From Octopus vulgaris (Eukaryota), in NCBI GenBank assembly GCA_951406725.2, contig OX597816.1, positions 128,526,001 to 128,590,000 on the forward strand: a stretch of DNA of 64,000 nucleotides. Reading direction: 5' to 3'. Shown piece after piece: positions 51,305 to 62,622 of this stretch. Both the position numbers and the translations under genes were made by a program. The notes beneath the pieces are model-generated. The model was not told the origin of the DNA. It saw only the letters and a list, made by a program, of their open reading frames with translations, and made no database searches. How positions within the stretch are numbered: the first letter of the stretch is position 1; every line of letters starts with the position of its first letter.

Positions 51305-52568
51305 ATGCGAAGCAAAATTTACAATGAACGTTAAGTTGTTTTTTCTCAGTAGGTACTAAGTCAATTGTTTTGAAACCTAATATATATTGATGTCATAATC
51401 ATACCCAACACTATTATCCTAACCTTTTCAGAACCTTTTGTCCATATGAGTAATCAGGAAAGCAAACATCAAAGAGTGTGTGATTTTCTGAATGCACTTG
51501 TCACACCAAAGGAGATTTCAAAAATAGTTGGAGTGTCCATAAAGACTGTTTATAATGTAAAGAATAGTATGACTATGAGCAAAACTATTACGAAGAGGTC
51601 TGGAAGTGGAGGAATCAACAAAAAACGCACCAAAGTTTTATTAAAGCTCTCAAATCCAAAATCCTAAGGGATCCAACAAAATCCATGAGAAAAAATGGTA
51701 ATTGAACTTTATGTAGACAACAAGACCATTAGAAATGCCGTAAAATATGATTTGAGGTTAAAATCTTACATAATAACATCAAAACACTTGTTGACAACAG
51801 CTATGAAGGAAAAGCGATAGGAAAGGTGCAAGAAAATTATTACATGGTTCAAGAAAACGTCCTCCATTTTAACGATCTTTTCAGATGCAAAGATCTTCAC
51901 TGTCGATGCTGTTCTGAACTGCAGAAATGACAGATTTATCGCAAAATCAACAGTTGAGGTTAAGGGGACATTCAAAACAAAACATCCTGCTCAAGTTATG
52001 GCTTTTGGTGTTGTGGCTTCAGATGGAAAGAAAATGCCTATAAAATTCTACAAAGCTGATTGAACAGATCAATGTTAATACTTACTACAAGACTCTAAGA
52101 TACCAGGTATTGCCATGGCTTAAAGCAAACTACCCAGATGGTAATTATGTATGGACACAGCTAGAAAAATTCTAAATTTCTGCAAATCCAACTTTAGCAA
52201 TTTTTTAGAATCATGTTTATGGCCGCCTTCTAGCCCAGATCTAAACCCTTTGGATTATGCTATTTGGGGCGTTTTAGAACATGCTACCAATAGAACATCA
52301 CACAGCAATGTCGACTCTCTTAAAGATACTATTAAAGAAGAATGGGAGAAGTAGTCTCTCGAATATTTGAGGAATGCCTACACAAGTTTCAGCAAGTGTG
52401 TGAAGGCAGTTATTGAGAAAGAAGGAGGACACATAGAATAAAAATATTTTCTATTATGTAAATTTTCTTGTGGCAAATACATTTTCATGACTTTCAATAA
52501 ACTAATTGGTCATACACTGTCTTTCAATCCCTGCCCCAAAATATTGTAAATTTTGCTTCCCCACCATA
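51305..52568 (+). mobile_element. maT (DD37D-like) Tc1/mariner transposon, defective
   Basis: TIR core GAAGCAAAATTTACAAT at 51309-51325 and inverted at 52543-52559; TA-rich flanks. Confidence 0.85.
51446..52440 (+). pseudogene. maT-family transposase pseudogene
   Basis: HTH N-terminus, IFSDAKIFTVD, KHPAQVMAFGVVASDG, WPPSSPDLNPLDYAIWG, C-terminal VIEKEGGHIE*; frameshifts and stops; second catalytic Asp region deleted. Confidence 0.9.
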
Positions 52569-52609
52569 TATGTACATACCTACATCTATATGTATATATA
52601 CATGCATAA

Positions 52610-52765
52610 AAAAACGTTGAACACAATGAGAAACGAAAACATAAAAATAAAAACAAGGAAACGAACTATTTTACAAACAAAAAAAAACAGAGTACAAGGC
52701 ATACAACAAAAGGAATATTCCCCTTCTTCAGTTGTCCCTGTTTCGTCTACTTCGCATTTCGAAAT
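52610..52765 (-). mobile_element. short TA-flanked PLE-like pLTR fragment
   Basis: Flanked by TA repeats, T-rich minus strand, next to the PLE ORF remnant. Confidence 0.45.
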
Positions 52766-52814
52766 ATATATATATATGAAAAGAGAAAAAAAAGAAGAGA
52801 AAGATAAACAAAAG

Positions 52815-53378
52815 TGACTAGTCTTTGAACGTCCATGAAGGTAAAGAAAGATAGTCACATGAGTAAAGGAAAGATGGACGATGGTCATGTGTAAACATTC
52901 TGGAGTTAAGGATGTTCCCCAGGTCGAGGGAGTCCTTTAGTATCCTCACCCATTCAGCTATGCTGTCACTGCTGTTATAATTATCATTGCCAATGTTTCT
53001 GCAGCTATTTCTGTTAGGGATACTGCCATTCCTGTTCTTGATGTTGTTATTGTTGTTATCGCGAGTGATGGTGCCACCACTAATTCTGTTCATGTATCTG
53101 CTGCTGCTACTATTGGTACTGTAGTAGCTGTTGGGGGAGCTGCTGATGTTGTTGCTGCTATTAGGCCTGGTTAGTACCTCAGCTTCATAGAGGCTTTGGT
53201 TTCACAATGGTCTCCCTTTGGGCATCTGTTGCAGTCCCTGCATGAGCATCCCACTGCTGTTCATGGCCTAGAGGTGCGAACTAGAATGCTCTTAATATTG
53301 GAGGCACAGCTAAATAAGACCCTAAGGTTGTGCCTGTTGAAATTGTGTTCATACCTATGTGAACCCGTGAAATGTTTA
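52815..53378 (-). pseudogene. Penelope-like element ORF remnant (RT-to-endonuclease linker)
   Basis: HFTGSHRYEHNFNRHNLRVLFSCASNIKSI...CSCRDCNRCPKGDHC matches the PLE HF...FNRN..K.SYSC..N.K..I...CNCR...CPL.G.C linker. Confidence 0.75.
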
Positions 53379-53396
53379 TCTATTAGCTTTTATATA

Positions 53397-53452
<56 letters not shown>

Positions 53453-53457
<5 letters not shown>

Positions 53458-53667
53458 TAATCCAAACAAGAAAGCACAAAAAAACACAACGCGAGGACGT
53501 GGAACAAATATAGTATTATTGGACACTCAGGAAAGAAGGAAAGAAGGAGGGTTTAACGTTTCGAGCGGAGCTCTTCGTCGGAAACATAGGAGAAGGAAAG
53601 ATCCAGAGAAGGGAAGACAGAGGAAAAAAAATCGCCAACAGTACACACGAGGTCACAAGAGGTCACA
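53453..53667 (-). mobile_element. TA-inserted non-autonomous PLE-derived element with minimal hammerhead
   Basis: Hammerhead motif at 53551-53585; related to 61407-61595. Confidence 0.75.
53551..53585 (-). ncRNA. minimal hammerhead ribozyme motif (PLE-type, U4C variant)
   Basis: GUUU-CCGACGA-a-GAGC-ucc-GCUC-GAAA-CGUU-AAAC; palindromic AACGUU stem III. Confidence 0.65.
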
Positions 53668-55039
53668 TATATATATGTATATATATATATATATATATGT
53701 ATTTATGTTTGGATATACATACACACATCTATATGTGTGTGTGTATGTATGTATGTATGTATGTATGTATGTATGTATATTTATATATGTTGTATATACA
53801 TGATGATTAATACTATTTCTAACAGTCTATAAAAAAAAATCATATTTTCTCATCTCTCCTGGTATTTATTTGATTTTTGTAAATATTTTCAGTAGTTCCA
53901 CTCCTTAATATCAGCTCATTAAGATCACTAGAGGATTAGAAGAGAATATAAATTCATGCCAATTTTAAACATAGCAAAATTATCGATAAGTAATTAAAAA
54001 CATATAAACAATGATATCAGAGCAAATTATGTGCTGCAAATTTTGCAGTGTTTCACATGAAATGGGACATCTGTTGAGGGAAAAAAAGACTATCAAATAA
54101 AAATGAATGACAGACATTATCCTGCAGTCAGAAGTTAATACCACAAATATTCAATAGATGTTTGCAATTATCTCTTGTGCTTATCACATTTTTTTATACA
54201 TATATAACAATCATAGTAGATAGGTAACTATTTTCTTTTGCTTCTTTTTTTTCCTTCTATTTGAGGTTAGACTAAATCATAAAATATTTAAAGGAAGTAA
54301 CAGCTGAAACTGATTTACATAACATTGAAATAAAATTTACATTTGAAGTTTTGAAGTTAGTAGTAAAAGGTAACAGTAAGAAGCACAATTCTCTTGGCCT
54401 GATTAATTGATAGCAGTGAATGATGCAGTGAACAAGATTTGAAACAGTTAAGAGGAGCTAATCAATAAAATCTTTCAAATTCTGCTTCAAAGTAAACGGT
54501 ATGTGTAGCCTTTTAGCCTTATACTCAAAACATAATCTCTAAAGTGAACTGCCAATTGTAATCCCATTTGAAATATCTTGTTTCTTCTTTTTCAGTTGTG
54601 TGCGAAAAATTGATAATCTATAGTCTATTATATTGTAAGTGAGTTAAACCTGTCACTGACCCTTTGATAATAAATCACTGGCTATCTCATACATTTTATT
54701 ATTTATACCTACACTAAAAATAAATTCTATTTAACAAATAAATGATGATATACTCTCACAAATTTAAAGAGAGAAGAGTTGCAATTAACTGGCTCTTTAT
54801 AGTGATATCTTTTATTATATCTACATAATTTTGATTTCATATTATTTAGGTTCGATGTGTTTGATGCTATATGGATATGATAATGCATGGCAAAAAGTGT
54901 TAAACAAAACATAAATAGAGGCTGGAGAAGAACCTGTTAAATATAATCTGTGCAACGTTATATTTTAGTACCCATGAGAAACAGAGTTCAAGAAAGCTTA
55001 GTAAGAACCTAGCATTTTAAAGTATTTGTTGATTAACCT

Positions 55040-55042
<3 letters not shown>

Positions 55043-55078
<36 letters not shown>

Positions 55079-55112
55079 CAGAGAGAGAGAAGACAGAGAG
55101 AAAGAGAGAGAG
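55043..55112. repeat. (GA)n microsatellite
   Basis: Directly visible. Confidence 0.95.
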
Positions 55113-56421
55113 AACTGTACTTGAATGAATGAATAATGATAAAGAAAATGGACAAATACTGAGTGCTGTTAATGGAAAACGTTTATCATTGAGAAAGACC
55201 TGAAAGCTAACTTCACAATTCATCATTGGTCTTTCTCATGGCGAGAAGTCATAAAGACAGTTTACAAGATGGTGAGTTCGAAAAATGAAATGGTGGGAAA
55301 TTGCCAAAAGTGACAACATACTGCCCTGATATTATCCAACACTATCACAAAATGTAAAACATATTTAATTAAGGTGTAAAATTTGCAAATATGACAGAAG
55401 ATTGTGTGGCTTCTTTGTTTCTCACAATGGTATTAATTGTATAACTTAAGTGGTGTACATCTGGATAAAAGTTTTGGTTAAATTGCTCAAGTTCTGATTT
55501 CATTTGGTTATCTAATTGAACATCAACTGGCATAAAGCAGCCAGAGAAGTGGCAAATCTACCCCAGTAATTTGTGTAGGATGAAACCTACTTTGGAAAAT
55601 TGAGAAGAAAATTCAAAACCATTTATGCCTTTGGGAATATACTTATTCCAAATCTCAGGTGGTATCTTGTCTTAAATGGCATTTGTCCAAACTGGATCAC
55701 TTGCTTTTCTGCTTTAAAAGTATATGAAGATTCTTGGGCCAATAATGTGTAGAATTATGTTGAGACTACAGAATATAAAAAACAGCTGTGATCATTCATT
55801 AGGAAACAGGACAAGACTGTCTTTTAATAGTTAAAGTGTTTGCTTTGCATGTTTAGCAACAATATTACTAGAACACTTTACGTTTTTCCCAGGGTTCAAA
55901 GAAATGGTCAATGATGCTTTGTTGGGTGCTGTCTGTATTGCTGGTCAGACTTTTCTGATAATGATTTATTTGAAAAGCCATGTAAACATTAAACCTTGTA
56001 GGACATGCAGAAATCAAGAATTATCTATATCAAGACATCTCATCTATATCAAGATGGATATATCATCTATATGTCCTGAACTTCTGATCAGTTTCAATGA
56101 GCAGATATATGGATAAGTAAAACCAGAAGGCACTATTTACCAGGTGACTCTATAAAAAGAGCTAGCAGATTAAATAACAATAACAACACCAGCAAAAAGC
56201 AAAAGAAAACCTTTCAAGATTTATTTGAAAAAATTAAATGAAATTAGACAAGTCCCACTCTTGGTAGATACTATTAAAGGTGAGGCAAAAATACAGTCAT
56301 GACATGACCAAATAAAGTGAACCTATAATTTCGGCCATGTTTTATCCCTTATTAATAGCTATCTTTTTTTATTCTTTGATGCTTTTACCATAGAATGTTA
56401 TTTCTTCATATATATATATAT

Positions 56422-56548
56422 AAATTTAAATAATAAGGGTGAAAAATTGAATATTAATTTGATTAATATCAATTTAAAACCAGTAGCCTAGCATATTGAA
56501 AAATCTGATGCTGGCATAATGGATGTCTACTTAGTGGTCATCCCTCTT
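56422..56548 (-). mobile_element. TA-inserted fragment sharing a terminus with the inserts at 13793-13880 and 37930-38015
   Basis: Shared AAATTT-adjacent terminus and motif ..(G)CCAGCATATT.AAAAA. Confidence 0.5.
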
Positions 56549-59366
56549 ATATATATATATATATAAATGTTTGTGTGTTATTTATAGTTTCATTTTCATA
56601 TGTATGTTTTTATGTCTCATTTGCTTATCCAAATCCACTTGAAATTTTGTTTTGTTTTATAATTTGTTCTTTCTTAATGACCTTGTAGAAAATAAGCAAA
56701 AATATTGTAATTATTAATTTAGTGGTGGATAGCAAAATGGTATAATCAATAGACTGTTGAAAAAAATATCATGTGGTATTTGGTTACACTACCTTACATT
56801 CCATGCCCAAGCTCACTCAGTTATTCAGTCTTCTGAGGTCAATAAAATAAATATTCGGTTGATGTATTCCATAGCTGAAAAGTCCATACTTCAGCATAGT
56901 CATAATAAGAACAAAAAAGTGTCCAAAACTTCAGATTGAAAATATTAATAACATACTCAATTATTTGACTTGTCTGTTATTTGGTCATAGTTTGGGAGGC
57001 AGGACAAAGATGAGTTTTAGTATCTGGAATATAGTCAGGCATTTGTTGTTTTATTTTTCAGTTAAAGATCACTATAACTAGAATATCTAATTCCACATTA
57101 TCCTCAGTAATAGATATGTCCATGTATTTATGTTTTAGCTTTACTGCTTTACATTCTTTTCTTGATACCAAGTGTGGGTTTTACAAATTTTAAACAAGTT
57201 TGTATACTTATGTGGAGTGGTAAGTTCTGATGTTTTGAGGAGGATATTTCATTATTCATTGTTTCCTGCCTATGCAGGCCATAACTAGATTCCTTGAATT
57301 CTTTGTTTTTTTTTCTCATTCCAATTTGAAATACCCTCTGGACCTTGGATGCATTTAGCAGAGTTTCCCCTATTGCATGCACTGGACAAGGTCTCTATTT
57401 AGACATTTCTTCTACCTTTTTCTCCCCCATTCTTGAAAGTCTTGAAAAAGTTCATGGGCATTTTCCTTCACTAATTAAATTGATAAGATAAAAACAAAAA
57501 TCAAATAATTATTTGGATAATGTTAGAGCAATTACTTTTTACAATTCTATTCTCTAATTACTGTGAATTGTTTAACTGTGAAATGGTAATTGAAGCATCT
57601 TTTCGTCCAAACTGAACCTAGCCTACAGATACAACACAGTAACTCTCGTAGTAAACTTTGAACTCACTCATGGCTGCATGGTCTTTAGTCCAGCATCTTT
57701 AGTCTATTTCCTTACAGCAATTCTACTTATAATATAATGGAAATTGAACTACACGCCAATGCTAATTGGGGAAAATATGCTAACTATTGCTGTCTTTCTC
57801 TATTTTATCATCCATCTGCTTGCTTCAGGTTCACTAACTGAAAAACAAAAACAGAAATAAAAAAAAACAAGAAAAAACAAAAACAAAAAGATTTCACTAT
57901 ACAGTTGAGTTTCTGGTTGTAAAACATCAATTCCAACAAGCCATGCCATTCAAATACTTGATTTTTAGAGAACCATTTAAACTCACATGAGAAATAGTAA
58001 TACCAAGCAAAGAAACCTCAGGTGAATTTATTATGGAAAGAATTTTTTTTAAATTTTTTTCTCTTGATGGATTCAGAAAGAAAAATTAACTTCAAATTCC
58101 AAGCAACAAATGATTGAGTTTAAAAATATTCAGTTCTCAAGTAATTTTCAATGTTGAATGTCACACATTAAAGAATATAGTAAATGTATTTACATTAACA
58201 TTTTCTAAGTATGATTCCTAGATTCAATGTAAAGTTCAAACTGTAGTTGTGCTAAAAAGTAAGCTGTTAAATTTTATATCTACTTTTTAAAAATTTATTT
58301 TCTTTTTTCAGTCAAAAAAATATATATATATATATTTTATTTATTTTTTTTTTATAATTATTTCTATTCAAGTTCATGTTGAAATATCATACTGAAGAGT
58401 CTGTGGAAGTTTTTATTTAGTACTCAGATTTTGCTTTACTTACAACAGAGCTGTCATTTTATCCAGCTTTCTCATCTTATAGGGGTTTGGAGATTTTGTT
58501 AGGTTTTTTTTTTCTTAGCTTGATATTCTGCTAGGATGCAAAATGCTCAGTGTCAAGGAGGTTGTATAAGTAACAGGTAATTAATAATCAGGAATGCAAG
58601 GGGCTTCATCTAAATTCTCTCAATTCACTTCTTAGTACAATATAATATAAAATAAAATGAAATAAAATTTTTTTAAAAAATAGGCAAGCAAGTATTGTAA
58701 AACTATATCTTGCAAATACTTCCTTTGAGTAACAACAGAAAATGCTTCTTTAAAAAAATATTCCAGCAGGAAATGGATCATCATTCACCACCATTATTAT
58801 CGTCATCATCACCACTACAATCATGACCACCAATATCAACGTCATCCTCCTCCTCATCCTCCTCATCCTCATCATCCTCATCACCCCTACCATCATTATC
58901 AACATCACCATCATCATCATCATTTTTTGTTTTATTTTTTATCTTTGTAATTTCCAGCACTGAGTGGTGCAAAGAACCACAAAAATAAGGAAAAATGCCT
59001 GCATATATTCCCAGAAAGTAAATGAATAAAGAATACATATATATAGAGTGAATAACGTAGTTTTTAAATTGTTTTGCATTATCTCCCACTTCACAAAAGT
59101 CATAGAAAAAACTAAAATTTAATGAGATTTCACTTCTATCTTTTATTGGTTTTTCTTTTTCCATGTTTGTTCTTTTTTTTCTGTATTTCACTTCTGTCAA
59201 AACTAATGTGATTCATTCAATATATGTGTCAATTGTGGAATGTTGGTGATAGAATTGAAAGTAAGGTTGTCTATCATTGCTCAACTCCACACAAGAATCT
59301 GCATTGTTGTAGCTGTTTATCTGCAGGTTCGCATTATTTCAGAAATAGTAAGTTTAACAGGCTTTC

Positions 59367-59418
<52 letters not shown>

Positions 59419-59440
59419 TTTTACAATGGAAAGGCATGTC

Positions 59441-59661
59441 TTAACCCTTTAGCATTTAAACTGGTCATATCCAGCCAAAATGTTCCACTTGTTTTATATT
59501 CAAACTGACCAGATTTCTCACACCAACACTACAATATCATTCTAAAAGTTAACTGTTTCTTCATCAAAATCTCAAAGCTATGGAAATAATACATGATTTA
59601 TTCAAAACAACATGAATGCATATTACTTTTGATAAGAATAATGTGAATGCTAATGAATTAA
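59441..59661. mobile_element. piggyBac-type MITE
   Basis: TTAA-CCCTTTAGCATT ... AATGCTAATGAA-TTAA. Confidence 0.75.
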
Positions 59662-59876
59662 GGGATTTTGGCCCTATTTCTTATAGATTGAGGGAACATG
59701 TAGGGGTACTTCAGCTATCATTATTAGCTTCAGAGTGAAACCTTTTTTTCCATTGTAAAAGTGGATTTAGCAATTTTAACTGTAGATTCTAGTCAGAGTC
59801 TTTTGCATGAAGGAATCACTTTGGTTGGGTTTTTCATGCCTTATTACTTTGATACAATAACCTCTTACTTTGCTGT

Positions 59877-60118
59877 GGAAGCATGCATCTTAGCAGTTAG
59901 GGTGTTGAACTCATGATCATAAGATTGTGGTTTTGATTCCTGGACTGGGTAATGTACTGTGTTCTTGAGCAAAACACTGTATTTCGTATTGCTCCAGTTC
60001 ACTCAGCTGGCAACAATGAGTAAACCTGTGACAGACTGGTATCCTGTCCAGGTGGAGAATTTATACACCATAAAACTCAGAAATTGGTCCTTATGACTTG
60101 AGAAGGTAACTTTACTTT
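59877..60118 (+). mobile_element. SINE family C variant
   Basis: tRNA-like head, TGTTCTTGAGCAAAACAC...TGCTCCAGTTCACTCAGCTGG core. Confidence 0.75.
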
Positions 60119-60429
60119 TTATTACTTTGCTGTATGTGTCAAACCCTGTTCCCTTGATTATGGATGTCACTCATTATCCTTTTGCTTGGATCTCCTATAT
60201 CCTATCACCTTTAACTTGTTTTCTTCTCACGAAGTAATTGTGACAACATAACAAGGACAAGTGACAAATCGTTCAATAATCCTGCATCTCTTCTATAATC
60301 CACTGGCAATGACAGCAGTAGCAGTGGTGGTGGTAATGACAACAGTGATGGTGATGGTGTTGGAAGTAGCTGTGGCTCCACATCTGAAGATTACTATAAT
60401 AGTATAAGTTTCTGTTGACAACAAGGTCC

Positions 60430-60620
60430 AGTCCTTGTTGTGATGTGGTGGTTTCTGAGCATCAGTGCCCTTGAGAGCTATGCCAGTGGAGTACAAGCTT
60501 CTAGTGGGATTTCTCATACCAGACAGGTCAACACATAGAGGCCAGAGTAATATGGGCCATATCTTCCCAGAGTTAAAAATGGGTTTGTGAATGGCCAAAA
60601 CTCCTATCTAGACAAAAAGA
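60430..60620 (+). mobile_element. RTE-clade LINE 5'UTR remnant
   Basis: CCTTGTTGTG...GAGAGCTATGCC...CCAGACAGGTC resembles the conserved RTE/BovB-type 5' leader. Confidence 0.5.
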
Positions 60621-60640
60621 GCAAAGTTACAAAAATATTA

Positions 60641-60843
60641 ATCCTTTCTACTAAAGGTACAAAGCCTAAAATTTGAAATTTTGGGAGAGGGGGCAAGTTA
60701 ATTACATCGCCCCAAGTGTGTAACTGGTACTTATTTCATCAACCCCAAAAGAATGAAAGGCAAATTCAGCCTCAGCAGAATTTGAACTCAGAACTTAAGG
60801 ACAGACAAAATCCTCAGTGTTTTAACAATTCTGCCAGCTCACT
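60641..60843 (-). mobile_element. SINE family A
   Basis: Reverse-complement copy. Confidence 0.8.
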
Positions 60844-61330
60844 GACTATTCAAGATCAACAAGATCTAAGAGATGAAGGCTTTCCCTTTGGGGTGGATAG
60901 GCCTCAAAAAGATAGCTCAGGGTTGCAAGCAGTGGGGGAAAAGTCGACTGTAGAATTGTTTGTGGAATATTTAACCATTTCCATTCTAGGGAGTTCCGTT
61001 GATCAGAGGGAAATAAATGCAAACAAAAAATAAAACCATGTCTTTTGATTTGTTTATTTAAAGTGGGTATATATAATACAGTGCACTCCCTGGAAGACAA
61101 AAACATGAAATAAAATATTGTATGAAGATTATAATCAAGGAATATGGTAAAGCATTGACAATCGATTGATATAACATAAGAAATATGTGAAATGCAGAGG
61201 ATAATGTTTTGATGCATTTGTAACTAATATCATTTGTTGCAAAAATTAAAGAGGCAGTTATTTCGGTAGGGGTAATGCATAAACATAACTGAATGTAAGG
61301 TACAATAAACATGTATGTGTGTATAGGTAT

Positions 61331-61367
<37 letters not shown>

Positions 61368-61406
61368 AGCACACACACACACACACATATGTATGTCCAT
61401 ATATAG

Positions 61407-61595
61407 GGTGAATTCAAGAAAAAGCAAAAAGACAAAGACAGGTGGTGTAGAAAACAAACAGATGTATTAGTATCACGCTCGGAAATTGAAAAAGTCTTTA
61501 ACGTTTTGAGCCTACGCTCTTCTACAGAAAGGAACACAGAAAAAAACAAGGAGAGAAAAAATGTGTGTAGTGGCTACTGATCTATCATGGCGAAT
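61407..61595 (-). mobile_element. TA-inserted non-autonomous PLE-derived element with minimal hammerhead
   Basis: Hammerhead motif at 61496-61531; related to 53453-53667. Confidence 0.7.
61496..61531 (-). ncRNA. minimal hammerhead motif (degenerate core)
   Basis: CUUU-CUGUAGA-a-GAGC-guag-GCUC-AAAA-CGUU-AAAG; G12A (a CpG-type change) and A6U. Confidence 0.55.
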
Positions 61596-61598
61596 ATA

Positions 61599-61690
<92 letters not shown>

Positions 61691-61730
61691 CATGTATATA
61701 TGTATGCATGCATGCATGCATGTATGTATG

Positions 61731-61764
<34 letters not shown>

Positions 61765-61974
61765 ATATGGGTGGCTAATTCACAAGTTTACAACCTAAAG
61801 GATGGTTTGACTGAAGCTGGTAAACTAGTGAGTTGCATCAAGTTCCAGTCTGATTTAGCATGGTTTCTATGGCTGGATGCTCTTCCTAACACCAACCACT
61901 CCAAGAATGTAATGGGTGCTTTTTATGTGTCACTGGCACAGGTATTTTTATTATATGTGTATATAGATATATTC

Positions 61975-62622
61975 CTCTGAAGACATGTGCAAGCTTGAAA
62001 GAAATTAAGCTTTGCTGGATGTGTAATGTCAGTGTGCATCTACAACATAGTGTAAGCTTCTTGAGAGAAAAGTTGAGTATAAGAGGCTTCAGATGTGATG
62101 CGCAAGAGAGACAACTGCACTGGTATGGTCATGTGATATATATGGATGGGAACAGCTGTGTAAAGAAGTGCTGATCTCTAACTGGGGAGGGAACCTGTGG
62201 AAGATGTAGACCCAGGAAGACATGGGATAAGGTGGTGAAGCATGATCTTTGAACATTGGGCCTCACAGAGGCAATGACAAGTGACTGAGACTTTTGGGGA
62301 TATGATGTGCTTGAGAATATTTGTCAAGCCAAGTGAAATCATAATTGGGGCCAATGCCAGTATCACTTAAGTGGCACCTGTGCTGGTGGCACCTAAAAGC
62401 ACCCATGCCAGTGACATGTAAAAAGCACCTGTTACATTCTTAGAGTGGCTGGCATTAGGAAATGCATCCAATTAAAGAGACCATACCAAATCAGACTGGA
62501 AGTTGGTGCAGCTCACCAGCTTACCAGCTTCAGCCAAACCATCTAACCCATGCCAACATGAAAAGCAGATGGTGAATGATGATAATGATGATGATGATGA
62601 TGATGATGATGATGTTGATGAT
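61975..62622 (+). mobile_element. 5'-truncated RTE LINE (ORF end, 3'UTR, (GAT)n tail)
   Basis: QERQLHWYGHV...GTCGRCRPRKTWDKVVKHDL...W matches the RTE C-terminus; 3'UTR homologous to 18330, 27720, 32984 and 61790. Confidence 0.85.

Noticed and set aside
52715-52765. GAAA...GTA...CTGAAGA on the minus strand as a type II hammerhead
   Set aside because: Stem I cannot be paired and the 5' strand of stem II is truncated.
54596-54634. Short segment between TTTTTCAG and GTAAGT (possible micro-exon)
   Set aside because: Splice-like signals are frequent in AT-rich DNA, two of three frames have stops, and there is no recognisable homology.
58781-59200. 139-aa ORF with an acidic D/E tail
   Set aside because: The acidic part is a (GAT/GAG)n microsatellite and the rest has no recognisable domain.
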